Shown here piece by piece: positions 14,574 through 27,776 of a stretch of 64,000 nt of DNA (position 1 is its first letter; every line of letters starts with the position of its first letter). Under the pieces are notes generated by a model. The model worked only from the letters and a program-made list of their open reading frames with translations. It searched no databases and had not been told where the DNA came from. Source of the DNA: Geosiphon pyriformis uo1 (lineage: Eukaryota > Fungi > Glomeromycota). The stretch is from contig JAAOMT010000352.1 in NCBI GenBank assembly GCA_016748015.1, positions 496,001 to 560,000 on the forward strand. The letters run 5' to 3'. The translations under genes were made by a program, and so were the position numbers.

Positions 14574-15538
14574 CTGGAGGTTTTTGGTCTCTTTTTTTAA
14601 ATGTTGTTAATGTTTGTCTGTTGTTAATTCACGTTTTCTGGAAGCAATTGAACCTCCAATAACTGAATTTATCCTCAAATTATTTTCTATAATTTGAACA
14701 GCTGGGCTTATAAGTGGAATAACCAATTTTGTGCCAGTTACTTTGTGTAGTTACATTGTAGTAAATATTAACTCTTTCCCAGAAATTGCTTGTCTGGAAG
14801 CTTACTAAAATGTGTAGTTACTTTGCTATGAAAGTCAACTTTTTTATAAGAATCTTGTCTGTAGGCTACTCTAATAATTATGATAAGAAAAGAAAAGAAA
14901 AATAAAAAAATGTAAAAGAAATAGAATTTTGTCAAGAGAAACGTTTTTTATTCAGGCCTGGAGTTACTAACAACTTACTGAAATTGGTAGCTAATCAATT
15001 TCAAAATGTTAGTTTGTTTTAAGAGACTTTCAAGTATAATAATTAAAAAATTTGGGTTTCAAATATTTTAATTTTTATTTGAGATATATAAAGGATGATT
15101 TGTTTCAATTAAGATATTTAAAGTAAGATATTATGATAAGATATGAGAAGATATTTTTTCTTGAAGAGAAAAGCTTTTCTTTTATACAATTTGTTGTAGT
15201 ACTAGTCTTTGAACTTGCACTTTTCTCTTTGCTCTTATTTCGGTGAACTAAAGATATATTTTGGTAAACTACAAGTTATTTCTACAAACTATTGATTATT
15301 TCGGCGAATTTTCCATCAATTTCGGCGAATTTTGACTATATTAAATGGTTCAAGGTATTGTGTAATTTGATTATCTTAATTTCTATAGTACAAATCGGGT
15401 TATTAATTAAGTAATAATATTTGATAATTTGATTAAATAATAAGTGATAATCGAAATGATAATAGTATATGCTAATTAATAATAAGAATTATGAAAATAA
15501 TTTCATGCTAATTAATAGCTAAAATTTTACTGGTAACA
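14574..15538 (-). repeat. Solo LTR family C inserted in the RNase H domain of element B
   Basis: Colinear with LTR 51080-52068; ends ctggtaaca; host RNase H (IDASGYGLGAVL) resumes on both sides. Confidence 0.85.
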
Positions 15539-18500
15539 CCAGATATATTAATATAAAGAATAAAAAGTTAATTTAGATTAAGTTGTATAAATATAGATTC
15601 TGTAACCAATTTTTTTTTAAAGTTTTAAAGGCTTTTTGTTAATATATATCTCAGTAGTAATTGACATTTTTCTGGATAATTAATTAAAAAAAAAGACAAT
15701 TTTGGAGAAATCTTTGACAAATTTTTAATAATAGATGGCCAAACCAAGAAAAAAGCATAGTTTATAAACATTTATTGGTTGTTTAATATTTTGAACTTTT
15801 TCAATCTTGGCTGGGTCAAAAAAATTTTCATTTTTTGTAATAAAATAACCAAAAAACTGTGTAGATTGTTATTCAAAAAAAAATTTAATTGGATTGATCT
15901 TGAAACCAGTATTTCTAAAGAAATCAAAAACTTTTTGTAAATGTTTAAGATGTTTATCTTAAGTTTTTAAGTATACAATTATGTTATTCAAATAAACTAA
16001 AATAAAGTTTTTCTTAACTGATTCGAATACTTTGTTCATTAAGTATTGAAAAGTAAAAGAAATATTAGTAAGACCAAAAGACATAACTGTAAATTTATAG
16101 GTGTTATACTTAATAATAAAAGCAGTTTTTTTTCTGCTTTTTGAATTCATTTTTATCTGCCAGAATTCAGTAGTTAAGTTAATAGTTAAGAAAAAAACAG
16201 CACTATTAAATTGGTTTAATATTGTATCAATCTTAAGAAGTGAGTATATGTCTCTTTTAATAATAATATTTAATTGTCAATAATTAACACAGAAGCATAA
16301 AGTTCTATCTTTTTTGGATATTATTATAACTGAAAATGCCTATTTGCTTTTGGTTTCTTGTATGAATTCAAGATTTTTCATCCAGTTTATTTTTTTTTGA
16401 TGAATTTATCATTGTGTTGATTGAATTAATAAGATTTTAAATAGATAAAGTGAATTTTTTTAATGGTAATAATATGTTGTATCACATAAGTATATCCAAG
16501 AGTATCATCTTTTTTTGAGATAACTAAATTGTTTCTAGCCAACAGATTTTCAATATATTTTTTTTTTCTAAGAAGAATTTTTTTTGTTTTACTATTATTA
16601 ATTGAATTTCTGGTGATTCATTTTCAAAGAATTTTTGTACTTTTTTTATTTTTTTCTGGGTATTAAGCTAATTGGTTTCCAATTTTTGTAATAAATTAGA
16701 CAAAACTTGTATTCATTACTAGAAAAATACAATAATTTATTGTACCAGAATCAGACACAAAAGTCATACTATCAATAGCTGTATTTGGCTTTTTTACTAG
16801 GCTTTTGGTCAAAGATTTTTCTAAGTATGTTATAATAAAGTCAGTAAATTATTTTGCCATTTACAATGATTCTTTTTTTGTTTGCTTTAACATTATCCAA
16901 TGGCTTGTTATTACTAGTGAAGATAATATAAGTAAGTTTAACAGTTTTTTTTTGTTTTGTTTTTTTATTGCTCTTTTTATTATTTGATTTATCTAATTGT
17001 TCTTCTTGGTTCTGTTTGAGGGCTAAAAAAATTGTTCAATAGTAATACTTAATTACAATAGATTTCTTATCACATTTAATAGTTAGCTTACAAAGTTTAT
17101 AATTTAGTAAAGCTTTTGTTTTCTTAAACCATTTATTGCCAACAATAATAGTGTATTTTTTAACTTCAAAAACTTCTATGTCTGTTTCAATACTAATACT
17201 ATTGATGTAAACAAAAACAGCTTTGGCAATACCCAAATTTTTCTTCTTATTACTGTATATATTGGTTATTGATCAAGTAGAAAGTTCATTAATCTTTCTG
17301 CCAATGACTTTTAAAAAGTGTTTGATAATAATATTAACAAATAATTTACTGTTCAGAATTAAGTTAATGAAATAACCAGCCACTTAAGCTTTGCAAATTA
17401 AAAAATTAATATTGCTATTGTTAGTAAGTTCAGCTTGTTAAAAGTGTTTATTAGTTTTTGGTGTCTTTTTTTTTGAAATCAAGGATTTGCAAAGATTTTT
17501 TTTGAACTGTAAATGGGTCATTAGTTGGCCAAAAATAATATGTGCTGAAGTTTTTATGAAATTTTTGATAACACAATAGGGTTCAGATTTTTGTACAATT
17601 TCTGGAAGTTCTAACTTTGGAGGATTTTTAAAAACTTTGGTCTTTGGTGGCTTATTGTTATTAACAGTTAATGTAAAAGTTTTATTGAATTCTATAATAA
17701 AATCAACTTTGGTTTTTTTTTTTTTTTTTGTAGTTTCAGAGAAGTTAATAGTTAATTTATCTATGTTATGGTTATTATCAGTTAAATTAAAAGCATAAAA
17801 AGGGTTTTTTTTTGGTTGGCTTGTACTTTTACTTTTTGGAGATGCACTTATCAATTTAAAAACTAATAAACAATGACTTCAATTAAGAGATTTTCTCCAA
17901 AAAATTGATGTTAGTATGATTAAATCTTTAATTAAAAACATTATTGTTATTAAGTTTATTGTTTTGATTATTATTATTTCTAGGAGCTGGTAAAAATAAA
18001 AGAAATTTGTTGTAATTTCTTAAGAAATATTCAATCAATTCACAATAATAGAACACAAAAGAGTCATAATTTTGTTGTCTTTGGTAAGAAGACTGCTGAA
18101 AATAATTAAAACAGGGTTCAAATCTATGCTTTTGGGATTGTTGAATTTCTCTAACAGCTTGGGCTAATGGTTTTAATAATTGTGCAAAATTGGCTGTAAG
18201 TTTGTCTATTAATTGTTTATTTGGGTTTTAAGTCTAAGCAGCAAAGAAAGTAACAGCTATTTAAAGAACAGAAGCCAAAATAGAAGTAAGAACAAAAACT
18301 AATAATGTAGATTCCAAATACATTCTTTAATTATTTTTAATTTTTTGGGCAAATTCAATGGTCATGTTTATAGTAGAATTGTCTTTCAAGACTAAAAAAG
18401 GCCAAAAAGTATAAAATAAATTAGTTCTTTATTTTTTTGTAAAGAAGTAAATTTTTTGCTCTTCTGTCCAATTTTTTCCAAAGTCTACTTATTTGATGAA

Positions 18501-19449
18501 CTTTCTTATTGCTTTGGCATATTTAATTACTATTTTTTCTAAGCTTTGGGTTTTTTTTCTAGTTTTATGCATCATTTGAATATTAAGATTGGAGTTTTAA
18601 ATCTGTTTTCAAACTAAGTAGTAAAAGAAGTATTGTTTTTTCCAATATTTGTTAGTATCTATTTAATAATTTTTTGCTAAATATTAGTATTGGTTTTTTG
18701 TAAGAACCAGATAGCAAAAAAGTCTTAAAAATATTTACCAATGATTTAAAACTTGTAATTAACATTATATTGATTGACTGTAACTGCTCTTTTAAAGTTA
18801 TCTAACTATTTAATTAAATCTTAGACATTGTTTCTAAATAATAGTAATAGGGTGTTGTTTCTTTGTCCTAAAGCAGTTTGTATATCTTGAAGAGTAACTA
18901 AGATGTTTGCTTGTATAAAGTCAGCAGTCATTGGTTCAAAAATAGTTGTTTGAGTAAAAAAGTTTGATTTACTTAAGAAAAAATCAAAAATAAGAGCAGT
19001 TTGGTAACTTTTTTTTTGTTTCAAAAGAAGTTTTAGCTAATTAATGTGCAGCAATCCAGATGTGAATTTGGTAATTCAGATATTCAAAATCAAAAAGTTG
19101 TTGTTTAAAGATTGTTGAATATAAAAGTTAATTAATATTGTTATTTTTTTCTTTAAAGACTTCTTTAAAGTAAGCTTAATCAAAGAAATAGATTGTATAA
19201 ACTATATAAGTTTCAACTAAATGTTCATTCAGGAACCAGTTCCAAAAATTATAAAATTGTCTACTGAATTTTTTTTTAACAAAAAAGCAGATCAAGCAAG
19301 AGAATAGAGAATTAAATTTAATAAAATCTAAGTTATTTTTGTTGTATATTGTAAAATATTCTTTTAATTATTATAACAAATATGAATAATTACTTATACA
19401 ATAGAAAACAAGTAGATATTTGACAATCTCACAGAAAACACCACTTTTA

Positions 19450-20147
19450 TGTTATAAGTTAAAATAAAAAGTTAACAGATAACAAAAAAGAACAGAATTG
19501 TATAATAATAGAATAGATTAAAGAAAATTCAACTTTAAAGAGTAAATTAAATAAATAAGGATTCAATATGCAAAATCAGTCTTATAAAATATTTTAGTTG
19601 CTATTTTTCTCAAAAAATAACCAAAAAATCTAAAAGTAGAGAAATAGTTTATATTGTTAATAAATAATAATACACTAATATAATTTTATGTCTTATGTTA
19701 GCACTTTTAGAATTCAATATTAAATATTAAATATGCTTTTTAGTTATATTTTATTTAATAATTTTCAAATACTACAATTATATAAGTCAGGAAAAAGATA
19801 TGTAAATGCCAACAAATAATTTTTTATCTTAAGATATTTAAATACTTAAAGATAGAAAAAAGAAAATTAATAATAAAAAAAGAATTAAGATGAAATTATT
19901 ATTTTATTTTTTGATTTTTTTGATTTTTTTGATTTGTATATGTTTTTCTACAGCTAAAAAATTCATTATTTATATAATTATTAAAAATAGTCAATGATCA
20001 AGTCAATGATCAAATCAATAATTAAATTAATAATTAGATTATTAATTAGATCAATAATTACTATCTAAAAATAGGATGGCTAATTATGTAATATTAGTGG
20101 CTAATACATATAATAATTAATAAAAACTATGGATTTCAACTGTTATA
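19450..20147 (-). repeat. 5' LTR, family B
   Basis: tgttataag start; PBS (rc aaaagtggtgttttctgtg) at ~19430-19449. Confidence 0.85.
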
Positions 20148-20891
20148 ATATAATAAACAAAAATTTATTTAGTAGTTGTTTTTTCCAAATTTTTTTTTAG
20201 TGTAAAGACTAATTTAATTTAACAATTGTACTCTTTTAGGAAGCTATCTTTAAGTTTTCACTTTTGTTTTATGAATTTTTTATCAAACTATCTTTGATAT
20301 TAATATCTTAATACTTAATTTTTTAATTAATTAATACATAACACAAAATAAAATAAAATAAAAATAAGAAATTAATATTTTATCAATAACTATAATTAAA
20401 AACTATTGGTTTAATATAGTTAAGAAACAAATATTATTAACATAAATTGCTAATAAAATTAAAAAATAATAATATTAATTCAATAAAAAAAATAACATAA
20501 ATTAAATAATTTTATTTTAAGATATAAAAAACTATTTTTTAAAAAAAACTGTATATTATAAATATTTATTGTTAACTAACTAAAAATTTGTTTAAATGGT
20601 TTTTTTTACTTTTAATATTATTGTTATATATACATAATTTTTGTTATACAAGATTTTACATATTTTTATTTTTTTTTATACTACTTTTTAAAACTGTTCT
20701 TATTCTTAAACAATATGTCATAATTTTTTACAAATATATACTTTCTAAAAATTTGTTATAATTTCTTAACAATGTGCTTATTTTTTGTAAATGTACACAT
20801 TTCTGAAAATATTAAGTATTATTTTTTTATTGGCTTATTCTTATAATTTGTTTTTCTTATTTTTTTCTTGTATTTTTTTTTATAAATAACA
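20148..20891 (-). repeat. Solo LTR family A, right part
   Basis: Resumes the LTR-A sequence (aataaacaaaaattta) and ends ataaataaca; flanks atac/gtac. Confidence 0.7.
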
Positions 20892-21487
20892 GTACATAAA
20901 TCTGTTTTTTAATTTTGAAAAAAAGTCTAAGTTTTAATAATTCTTAAACCATATAAATAGAAAAACATTTTGATAAATACATAGCCTATTGTCTTAATTG
21001 AAACAGTTTAAAAAGTTTTTTTCAAAATTTTGTCTAACAAATTTTTTTTGGTATACAATAAGTTTAATATTCTTTGTAATAATAATTTTTCAGTTTTAAA
21101 AAATATAACAACACAATTTTTCATATTAATAATTGAATCAGTAATAGAAAATGGTTTAAAAAAAATCATAAATTTTGGCTGGTTTTGTAAAATATGCACA
21201 AAACATATAATTTTGTGAGTTGAAAACATTTGAAATATAGCTTAAATAAAATTAAAATATGTGACAAATTTGTCAAATTTTTTAGTAATATTTACAACAA
21301 TTGTATTAACTAAATTATAACTAATTTTGGTCTAATAAATAAATACTGTGTTTATAATAAACTAAATTAAGGTGAAATTTTTTCATCTTTTTTTTTGGCA
21401 TATTTTTTATGATTTTTTTTTGTGCAAAATTAAGACAAGAAAGTATTTGTAATTATAGGATTAATTTTAATTTTGTTGCTAAGACTA
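20892..21487 (+). mobile_element. Degenerate LINE RT fragment (continuation of 1-706)
   Basis: Decayed PIALIET..KILSKILS..NNFSVLK..LWLVLQDM.KAYDSV..GLDQGE..FYDPLLCE..FVAKT. Confidence 0.8.
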
Positions 21488-21693
21488 CTTTTAAAATAAT
21501 GGAAAATATAATCTTTTTTTATTGCAATCCTTTGCTCCTTACCATTATAGTGTACATGGGCAAGCATTTTGAAAGCTTTGATGACAGCATTAAATGCAAC
21601 ATTGCCCAGTTTTGTATATGTTTGGATGATAAATACGGAAGATTATAACTATCCAAAATCGAGAATCAAATTAGAACACTCTTATGGCAAGAG

Positions 21694-24482
21694 TTAATCC
21701 TGAAGATATTGCAATCGCAATATACTCTTCACTGCCTCTGTTGCATAGGCATCCCCTGATGCAAGTTGTGCAGGTTCAGGCCATGATTGGAGAATTTTGA
21801 CCAGCAGCTTTGCAATTCCCCTGTTGTAGCTGTCATCCGCAATGCAGGGATAGACATTTGTGTTGAGACCAATGATCTTGAGGCCAAGTTGGGTTCTTTC
21901 TACTGGATGATGTACACCACAGCCACTTAACATCTCTTGGGCTGTGTTTTGCAATATTCCAAGCTCCATCCACAATGCACCATATGGAATAGTAGTTGAA
22001 CTATCTATAAGTCCCAGTTTCTGGGGTGCCAGATGAGACCGTGATTGTTCACCAATTTTTTGTTTCTTGCGATTTTTCACCTGCACAAGTATGAATGAAA
22101 TGCGTTCGAGTGGGATGGTGCTTTGTACCGCGTAGGTTTAAGACGTGAAGTGTAAAAATAAGGTAAGTTATCAAAGAGGGGTCAAAACTCAATATGAATA
22201 GCATGACATGATGATACATACATAGTTTTATTTGGGCGAACTGTCAATGAGGACTCTGCAGTATCAGGCGGCAGCACAACAGGGATGATCAAGTCAACGG
22301 CTTCACTATAACGCTTGGAAAAAATACCTGCTCCACGAATCGCGAATTCATACAATGTTGCACGGTTCGGCTTTTTGTATGTTGGTCGCACGAAATGCGT
22401 CAGGAATATCTCTCCACGCATTAGTCGATCCTTAGCTACTGTGTCCATAATGGTATCCAGGTTGGCGCAATTCACGCCTAGTAGCTCAGATAGGAATGCA
22501 CTCACTGTGACCACTCGCGAATACGGCATAGAACCTCGCCGTGTACTTACATGATCAATTGCCAGCAGAACGAGTAACTGTGCGACAAGCTCACCACGAT
22601 ATCCTGCATCTACAATGCCGTATCTTAGCGAGACAGCAAGAAAGCTCAATATGGATTCAAGATAGCCTTGGCGGTGCATCAGTTGGGCTGATGCTTCAGC
22701 CAGAATTGGCTCTGATGGAACAGCACTGAGTACGCTCTCACGTTCAGGCGTGATATGGATGCACACACGCATGTGATCTGCAATAAGGGCAGTGTTGATG
22801 CGGAGGGATGGATTCACATCCAATGCAATCCGGGGTGACAAGATAGCCAGCGTTTGTTCCAACGTGAGTTTATCAGCCGTAAGCACCTCGTTTGTACACA
22901 TGATCTTATATATGGCAAGAGCAATTGTGTCCGCTTGAGGAGCAGTAGCAGAATCATAAATGGTTTTCCAGAGAGGACGACCGAGAGAAATCAGGCGGTC
23001 TTCCTTCGTGGCAGTTGCAAGTGAGTCTACAGGAGCTCTGTCAGCGAGGCTGTCAAAGGTGCTAACCAGATAAAACGGTGAAAATACGTCCAAGTTATTT
23101 TGAGCAATACGAGCTGATGGATCTTGGAGAGCCGGTGGAACAAAGTCACCAACTCGCGAAGAAGTGTCGAGAAAAACGGCCGCCGTGAACGTGTCCTCGC
23201 CATTCGCGCCGCTATTGTGGCTCGGAAGCATGCGCAATGCATAACGCAGCCAATAAAAATGGTTGTGAACATCTCCATTGCAACGCGGTGTATTGATGTT
23301 GCGAGCCTCATCAAAAACAAACACAATCCGTGCTTCAGGATCTTTTGACGCTTTGAGAACTCGCGCGAGTTTCCTAGCCATCACAAGCAGCTCCATCGGA
23401 AATTGCTCCACATTTGTTAGTCGGACCGTATGCTCATGAAGATATGTTCTAACGCGGATCCAGTAGTCATGTGAACTTGAGCTATTCTCATTGATCGGCG
23501 TGCCAAACACGTGCCAATCGAACCATGCAGCAGGTGAGATTAGCTGCGAGTGCTGTTGCATTATGTCCACAAACACCTGCATGCATGCAAGCAGGTATGC
23601 AACATAGGACTTGCAGTTGCGCGCTTCATCACTTAAGAGTTCGTCGGCGATGGCTGAACGCGGGGGGAATCCAGTGCTCAAGCTTGGCCGTAGACAGCAG
23701 TAAAACACGTAACGTTCTTGCGCGACTTCACGTATGATGCGAGACTTGCCGACTCCGCTTGACTGCACGATGGCTGTCATCGGAGCATACTGTTCACGTG
23801 GATCCCATGTCCTTACAATCTCATCAAGCTTATCCATGAAATAGCGACGCATTTGGGTTGGATCACTATATGGGCGCTCAAATTGTCTCTTATGAGCCTG
23901 TGTGGATATTTCATTCTCAAATTTACGCTTGGACGGAGTAACTGTAAGAAAGAGATTACGTGAGCATCATTTCGGAGAAGCAATTTTGCCCGTCTGCCAC
24001 GCCCCCACTCTTTCCTTTCTCAGCTGATAACATTCCAAAGAGCTTTCAGATAATGAAGCCTGGCAGTCACTATTGAATATTGACAGCACAGCAACCACTT
24101 CTCCTACGACCCCAAACGTATCGTATCTTGCTTATTTGTCTTTCAAATGGGTTTACGTATAAACCTAGCTCTGCTACGATCCAGCTCTGCCCCAACTAAC
24201 AACGTCCAACTGCCTCTCTTGCAATATAGTACAAAACCAGTAACAGTATTCAAACTCTTCTCCCCGTTGCTCCTCTATCCTCCAATAAACGTGTATTCAT
24301 TGCTTACCTTGCTTTGTCTTGAGGTATTCCTCATAGCAGTTTGTGGTCGCGCCAGGGTTGTCTTGATGGTATTTAGCGTAGAAGTCTTTGTATTCGTTGT
24401 ATGCAGCATCCCATTGTTCAAAGGTTGCGCTGGGATAGTCTTTACCGTATTTCCAATAAAATACTTTTGCATCCACGTCCAT
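21694..24482 (-). CDS. Crinkler/CR-effector-type protein: short N-terminal domain + P-loop NTPase + PD-(D/E)xK-like REase; 3 exons (24482-24308, 23941-22222, 22120-21694), ~773 aa
   Basis: Walker A VQSSGVGKS, Walker B VFVFDEAR, GYRGELVAQLL, nuclease AVDLIIPV...ILVQVKN. GTAAGC..TTACAG and GTATGT..CAAAG introns join the three ORF pieces in frame (2322 nt). No stops; CpG-rich. Confidence 0.85.
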
Positions 24483-25199
24483 GTCTAGCTGTTTTTCGTA
24501 AGTTAGTGAAAGATAGTGATAAAAAGGAACAGTCGCGATCTGCGTCCGCCCAATTCAGCCCTGTTTATACGTTTTACTTACACAAACATGTGATACTTCT
24601 CCGTATTGAAGCGCCGAATCAACTATAGTTACCCGGATCCAGCACACTTGGCAAAGCAGATCGGGAACCCTCCATGCTTTTGTCAGGATAATGAAGACAA
24701 AGGGAAATCTCTTTTATACGCTTCTTTGCATATCACGTTATGGAGCAATTAACAAATGGTTTAATTTTTGTATTGTATTCTGCTACTACTACGTAATGCA
24801 ATTCTGTTTTTGGAAGTGAAGCAATTGTTTTTTACGTGTGTATTGTAACGAGTCGTATGATAATGGATAACTGAATTTGAATTGCAAAAAACAGTTACAA
24901 CAATCGATTCTCTTTATTACTCTCTTAAACAAAGTATGTACAGTACTTTTGCATATTCACTAGAGCGATTGCATGGAAGGAAATACTCGGACCCAAAGCC
25001 ATTACTATACTTTGGTCGCTCTATGGTGCGAACCATTTATAATCATCAAAAATATAGATCAGTCCGAAATTTTAAATGATGATCTTTACGTGTTTTTATT
25101 TATATAATTAAAGTTTATTTGTTAATATACATGTGTTTTTAATATATTATTTATAATAAAAAATAAAATTTTATTAAATTTTATATAATATAAAACCAA

Positions 25200-26803
25200 A
25201 TACAGTATTACAAAGTTTGAATATTATTTAATTTGTCTAATTCTTCAAGAATATTATCTGGAATTCTTCTATAAAATTTATACTTTTTTATAGCATATTC
25301 TACTAATTTTCTACTAAGATCTTTTCTATAAAGATCCATATAACACCAACATTTTCTTGAAAATTAACTCTTATCATTACTATATTATTCATAAATAAAT
25401 AGACTGGTAGAATGATTTAACTGAAGTATTAGCAAAAATAAATTATAAAAATGCATAAGAATAGAACTTATTTATATCCTTTGTATTATTTACATATTAA
25501 ACACTAAAGCAAAATACTATCTAGTTTATACTATTTAAATTGATTTATGGAAAAAAAATCACCTTACTTATTAAATAAGAAATATTTTTTTTCCTTATAA
25601 AAACAATTACCAAAGAAAATTTTGAAGCTATCTTGAACCAAAAAACATATCAGTTTATAAAAACATTAAAAACAATTATAAAACAACAGCTAATAATATT
25701 AATAATACTTAAAAATGACAGAAAAAAAGACATGATAATTGCTTATTTAACCAACCAATTGAATTTAAAATTAAAGATTGAATATTATTATATTGTATAA
25801 AAGCTAAAAAACAGTAAAATAAAAAGTTTAACCCAAAATAAGACAAATTTTTTTACATATATGAAGTTTTAGGCAATAAAGCTTACAAATTAAGATTGGA
25901 GAAAAAAATTTTAAAGAAAGTAGCACATAAAATTCATTTAAAAATTTATTATACTAATTAAAAGTTATTGTTATTTGTATTTTAACTAAAAACACAAATT
26001 CTATTAATCAAACCAGAAGATATATCACAAGATTTAAAACCAATTATCATTATTAAAACATAATTAACATGTGATAATTTAAATAAAAAAAAATTTAAGT
26101 ATATATAATAACCAAAACAACAAAAAAAAGACAATAAAACTCTCAATATGAATCTTTTAAATCAAATTTTAAGACTTTTAAAACAATAATTTACAATACT
26201 AATAGAAATTACAATCAATAAAAAAGATATATAATACAGAAATTTGCACAAAAAGAGATATGCAAGAGTTTAACTAGAATTAAATGTTTTTATCCTTATA
26301 AATAATTAAAAAAAAAGAAAAATATATGGTTAAACAAACTTAATAAAATTAAAAAAGCTTTAAGTAGGCTAATTTTAAAACCAATAATAGAAAACTGGAC
26401 ATTAAAAATCTTCAAAGTGTAGAAAAAAGACTATTATTAGTATATTAATTCTTTAAAATTGACAAAAGATTCAATTTATAAACATCATACTTAGATATTA
26501 ATAAACAAATATTTAACAAAAAAGCTCTAAAACAAGTAGTAGAATTTATTGGAAAAAATAATCTAATATTACATTACAAGACAACATACTAATTGTATTT
26601 AGTATTCAAATATTGTTTAACAATACTGTTAAACAGTTTATTAAAGTTTATTACAATTAACAACATAAAACAAATAACAAATACACAGTTTAAAGATTTA
26701 CAAAAAACAATACTCAACACAACTATTGAATATTATACTAAAAAAATAATTTTTACAGATACATATAATCTTGTAAAAGCTCAATTCTAAAAGAAAAAAA
26801 TAA
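25200..26803 (+). mobile_element. Highly degenerate Gypsy integrase C-terminus + extra 3' ORF + PPT (family D)
   Basis: GLVE.FN (25401), AEKQW.GKFNPKW.GPFY-like segment, homology to family A 2830-4250; PPT aagaaaaaaataa. Confidence 0.7.
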
Positions 26804-27776
26804 TGTTATCTGAATAGAAAAACCAATTTAAAAGATATTAAAAAAATGTAATTAAAAACATAATAACTTAAAAAAAACATAATAATGTAAAATAACACAA
26901 AATAACATATAATAACTCAGAATAATATAAGATAATACACAATAACATAAAATAACTAGGTATAACATAAAATAACTAGTTATAGTATAAAAAAATAAAA
27001 CAACAACAGAAATAGTAAACAATAGCCAGTAATAATAAATAATTAAAAACAATTTTGTAAAACTAATAATATGTATAAAAACAAATAGTTTTAGCAAAAA
27101 AAAAAGACAAACAGACAAATAGAAAAAATCCAAATATATTTTTTTACTCATATTTCTTAGATCTATCTTATCTATATATTTATATTATCTCAAATAAAAA
27201 AAATATTTGAAACCAAAAATTACTTATATATGATCTACAAATTTTGTGTTTAAACAAATTAATCATTTTTTTATCTTTATTCTTGGCCAGATGCTTTTAG
27301 CATAAAACTGTTTTAAACAATAATAACTTGGACCAATTACTTTTGATCATGATAATTAATAATAATAATTTCTTTATTTTATTTTATTTTATTTTTTTGT
27401 AAAGCAGCAATATTGTAAAATTAACTGTTTAAGAATAGACTTTATGATAGTTTGGTAAAAAAGAAAGCTCTTTCTAAAATTAAATATTAATATTATGTTA
27501 TTAGTTTATTAGAAAAACAAAAAAACATTACCAAACTCTAACAATTGTACTCAATTAGCTCAGAGAAAATAGCTTATATACTTAAATCACAAACAATCAA
27601 AACATTTCTCTGTGTTTTATAACCAAAGAACTCTACAGATAAAATTAGCAAAAATCTTCAAAGACTAATATTATTAACTTATCTTATATATTGAGAATAG
27701 AAATTTTTAAGCTTTTTTTATCTAAATTTAGAACACTAAATATTATTATTATACTTTACTAAGTTTACTCATAATA
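26804..27776 (+). repeat. 3' LTR, family D
   Basis: tgttatctgaatag...ctcataata; reverse-complement homolog at 54809-55860. Confidence 0.75.

Larger units (their letters stand above)
835..20147 (-). mobile_element. Ty3/Gypsy family B, full-length, degenerate, carrying nested insertions
   Basis: LTRs 835-1488 and 19450-20147; ATAT TSD at 831-834 and 20148-20151; PBS next to 19449; gag ~18000-19020, PR ~17040-17420, RT ~15550-16400, RH/IN ~12950-14570. Confidence 0.85.

Noticed and set aside
22315-24628. Several + strand and alternative-frame ORFs over the NTPase gene
   Set aside because: Shadow ORFs from higher GC; no recognisable motifs.
21490-25200. NTPase-REase island as a discrete transposon
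   Set aside because: No terminal repeats or TSD detected by eye; left and right flanks are different elements.
26852-27151. Hydrophobic ORFs (also 55647..55868 and 53885..54175) resembling membrane or Env proteins
   Set aside because: They derive from T-rich low-complexity LTR-D repeats or the antisense of A-rich decayed integrase.
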